From assembly GCA_963772835.1 (NCBI GenBank), contig CAVYYZ010000009.1:1-64000 (forward strand): 64,000 nucleotides of DNA, written 5' to 3'. Of this stretch, positions 62,656 through 64,000 are shown in pieces (the stretch's first letter is position 1; each line of letters begins with the position of its first letter). Made by a program: the position numbers and the translations under genes. Source of the stretch: an uncultured delta proteobacterium. Its GTDB lineage: Bacteria > Desulfobacterota > Desulfuromonadia > Geobacterales > Pseudopelobacteraceae. The notes below the pieces were generated by a model, which was not told where the DNA came from, made no database searches, and worked only from the letters and a program-made list of their open reading frames with translations.

Positions 62656-63402
62656 ATGCAAAACAAAAAAAAAGAACGTATCCTCAGTTGCTGCCGGCGT
62701 CTGATATGTGCCGTGTGGCTCTGTCTGCTGCCGGCAGTTATACAGTCAGCAGAGAACGCCACAATAACGGTGGTGCACTACACGGTTTCTTCAATGGGTT
62801 TTACAATCGGTGACGTGACCACCACCCAGCGCATGACGAAAGAAGGCGATGTGCCCGGAGTTCACTTCGAAACCAAAGCCGCAATCAATGCATCATTTTT
62901 GTGGATGGGTTACCACCAGGAAACCGTTGAGAAGGGAGCTCTCCAGAGAGGTGAACTGGTCAGATACTCTCACAAGGGGAAGGAAAACGGCACAATGCTG
63001 GATGTCGAAGGGCGACTCGAACATGCGGTTTTTCGCTTCGATATACGCAAACAGGGAACGGAGCGTATTGTTGTCATACCCCGCAGCAGCTACGACTACA
63101 CCACGATGGAGTGCCCCGAAGCACGGATTGACTTTTCCGGAAAAACGATGGTCACGCTGAGGATTCTGGATGTGGAAAAAATGGCCGTGGTGAAGCGGGA
63201 TTACCGCCTTTTCGGTAACACCAGCTATGAGGTCGCCGGGAAAGAGTACCCCTGCCGTATCATCGATTTTTCGGACCAGAACAAAAAGGCCCGGCGCTGG
63301 ATTGCATGGGATGGGACTACTGTTGTAATGTACCGTCAGGACAGCACAGGAGAGAAAAATTCATATTCCGTTCAGGCTACGTCGGTGATCAAGAATATGT
63401 AG
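62656..63402 (+). CDS. Exported hypothetical beta-rich protein
   Basis: Signal-peptide-like N-terminus; Y.VSSMGFTIG; full-length ORF divergent from PHP-GT4. Confidence 0.7.
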   Translation: MQNKKKERILSCCRRLICAVWLCLLPAVIQSAENATITVVHYTVSSMGFTIGDVTTTQRMTKEGDVPGVHFETKAAINASFLWMGYHQETVEKGALQRGELVRYSHKGKENGTMLDVEGRLEHAVFRFDIRKQGTERIVVIPRSSYDYTTMECPEARIDFSGKTMVTLRILDVEKMAVVKRDYRLFGNTSYEVAGKEYPCRIIDFSDQNKKARRWIAWDGTTVVMYRQDSTGEKNSYSVQATSVIKNM

Positions 63403-63420
63403 GCCGATCGGTTCAAATGG

Positions 63421-63843
63421 TCATGCGGGAACGAACGGCCGCAGGTAGCGGGTGACATATTCCTCAGATAGCCCGGCGGCCTTAATGCCGTGGTTAATTC
63501 TGGCAATATACTCCTCTTTCGGTTCACCCTCCTCAACAACCGGATCGATATAAACCAGGCAGTCCACCTCCCTTCCGTTCACTTCCACCCCCAGTTCTTC
63601 CTTGAGGTAGCTCCCATTCTCAACTCCTTCAAAACGGTCGAGGCTGAGCACGTCATCTTCCGAGAGTTCGTACACTGTTCCAAGCACATAGTCTCTCTCT
63701 GATGCCACGATACTGGCATACCCCCGAGTCGTTATGATCCAGCGCCACCCATGTAGTCGCCCGGCACTGACATGACAATAATCAGGGCATCGCAGAATCA
63801 TTTGCTGTCGCCACAGATTTGAACCATACGCAAAATAAAGCAT
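63421..63843 (-). CDS. Gamma-glutamylcyclotransferase family protein
   Basis: LYFAYGSNL, GYASIV, V.GTVYEL, LDRFEGV; GGAGG RBS. Confidence 0.92.
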   Translation of the reverse strand: MLYFAYGSNLWRQQMILRCPDYCHVSAGRLHGWRWIITTRGYASIVASERDYVLGTVYELSEDDVLSLDRFEGVENGSYLKEELGVEVNGREVDCLVYIDPVVEEGEPKEEYIARINHGIKAAGLSEEYVTRYLRPFVPA

Positions 63844-64000
63844 ACTATCCTCCCGATTCGTCCCATCAGGAAAAGTAACACAATATTTACACGGCACAAA
63901 CACAACCGTCACAATTTTCCTATATGATCACTCATATGATCAACAACCAACCAGTAGATTCTGAACCGCTCAATGTCCGCAAGGTGTTTGCGCGACTGGG

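Larger units (their letters stand above)
17233..64000. other. Segment 3: Geobacteraceae-like (Desulfuromonadia) DNA
   Basis: Intermediate GC; multiheme cytochromes; Geobacter-type GEMM-I riboswitch; leuA T-box; TIGR04442-like gene. Confidence 0.85.

Overview
The window is not one continuous locus. It reads as three unrelated sequences joined end to end, with genes cut at both joins. (1) 1-~13370 is AT-rich eukaryotic DNA, most likely diatom. It has GT-AG introns and microsatellites, and encodes a PI-PLC-X-like protein, two helicase-associated (HA) domain proteins, two tandem LRR/RNI-like paralogues and a GNAT-YCII fusion; three of these six genes carry a +1 frameshift. (2) ~13371-~17232 is GC-rich alphaproteobacterial (sphingomonad-like) DNA: msrQ-like 5' fragment, extensin-family protein, LOG, proC, ybjN, ubiK 3' fragment and a nested REP-like palindrome. 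(3) ~17233-64000 is Geobacteraceae-like DNA. It holds rodZ (cut)/TPR/pfkB, an MFP-RND-pabBC-TolC run, PGM, gspCDEF, dapF, gamma-CA, mntH, an MBL hydrolase/TIGR04442-like/sigma54-activator cluster (activator frameshifted), a porin plus two multiheme cytochromes behind a GEMM-I riboswitch of the c-AMP-GMP (A20) type, leuA with a Leu T-box, and a peroxiredoxin. It ends in a ~14 kb polyphosphate island (alpha/beta-hydrolase, GH3 amido-synthetase, sixA, CHAD, ppx, GGDEF-EAL-CBS-GGDEF, two small proteins, ppk1, PHP-GT4, exported protein) with 11-bp periodic Pho-box-like repeats. That island is the best candidate for an undescribed system (hypothesised phosphate-starvation lipid remodelling). Family and taxon calls come from motif recognition only; no searches were run.
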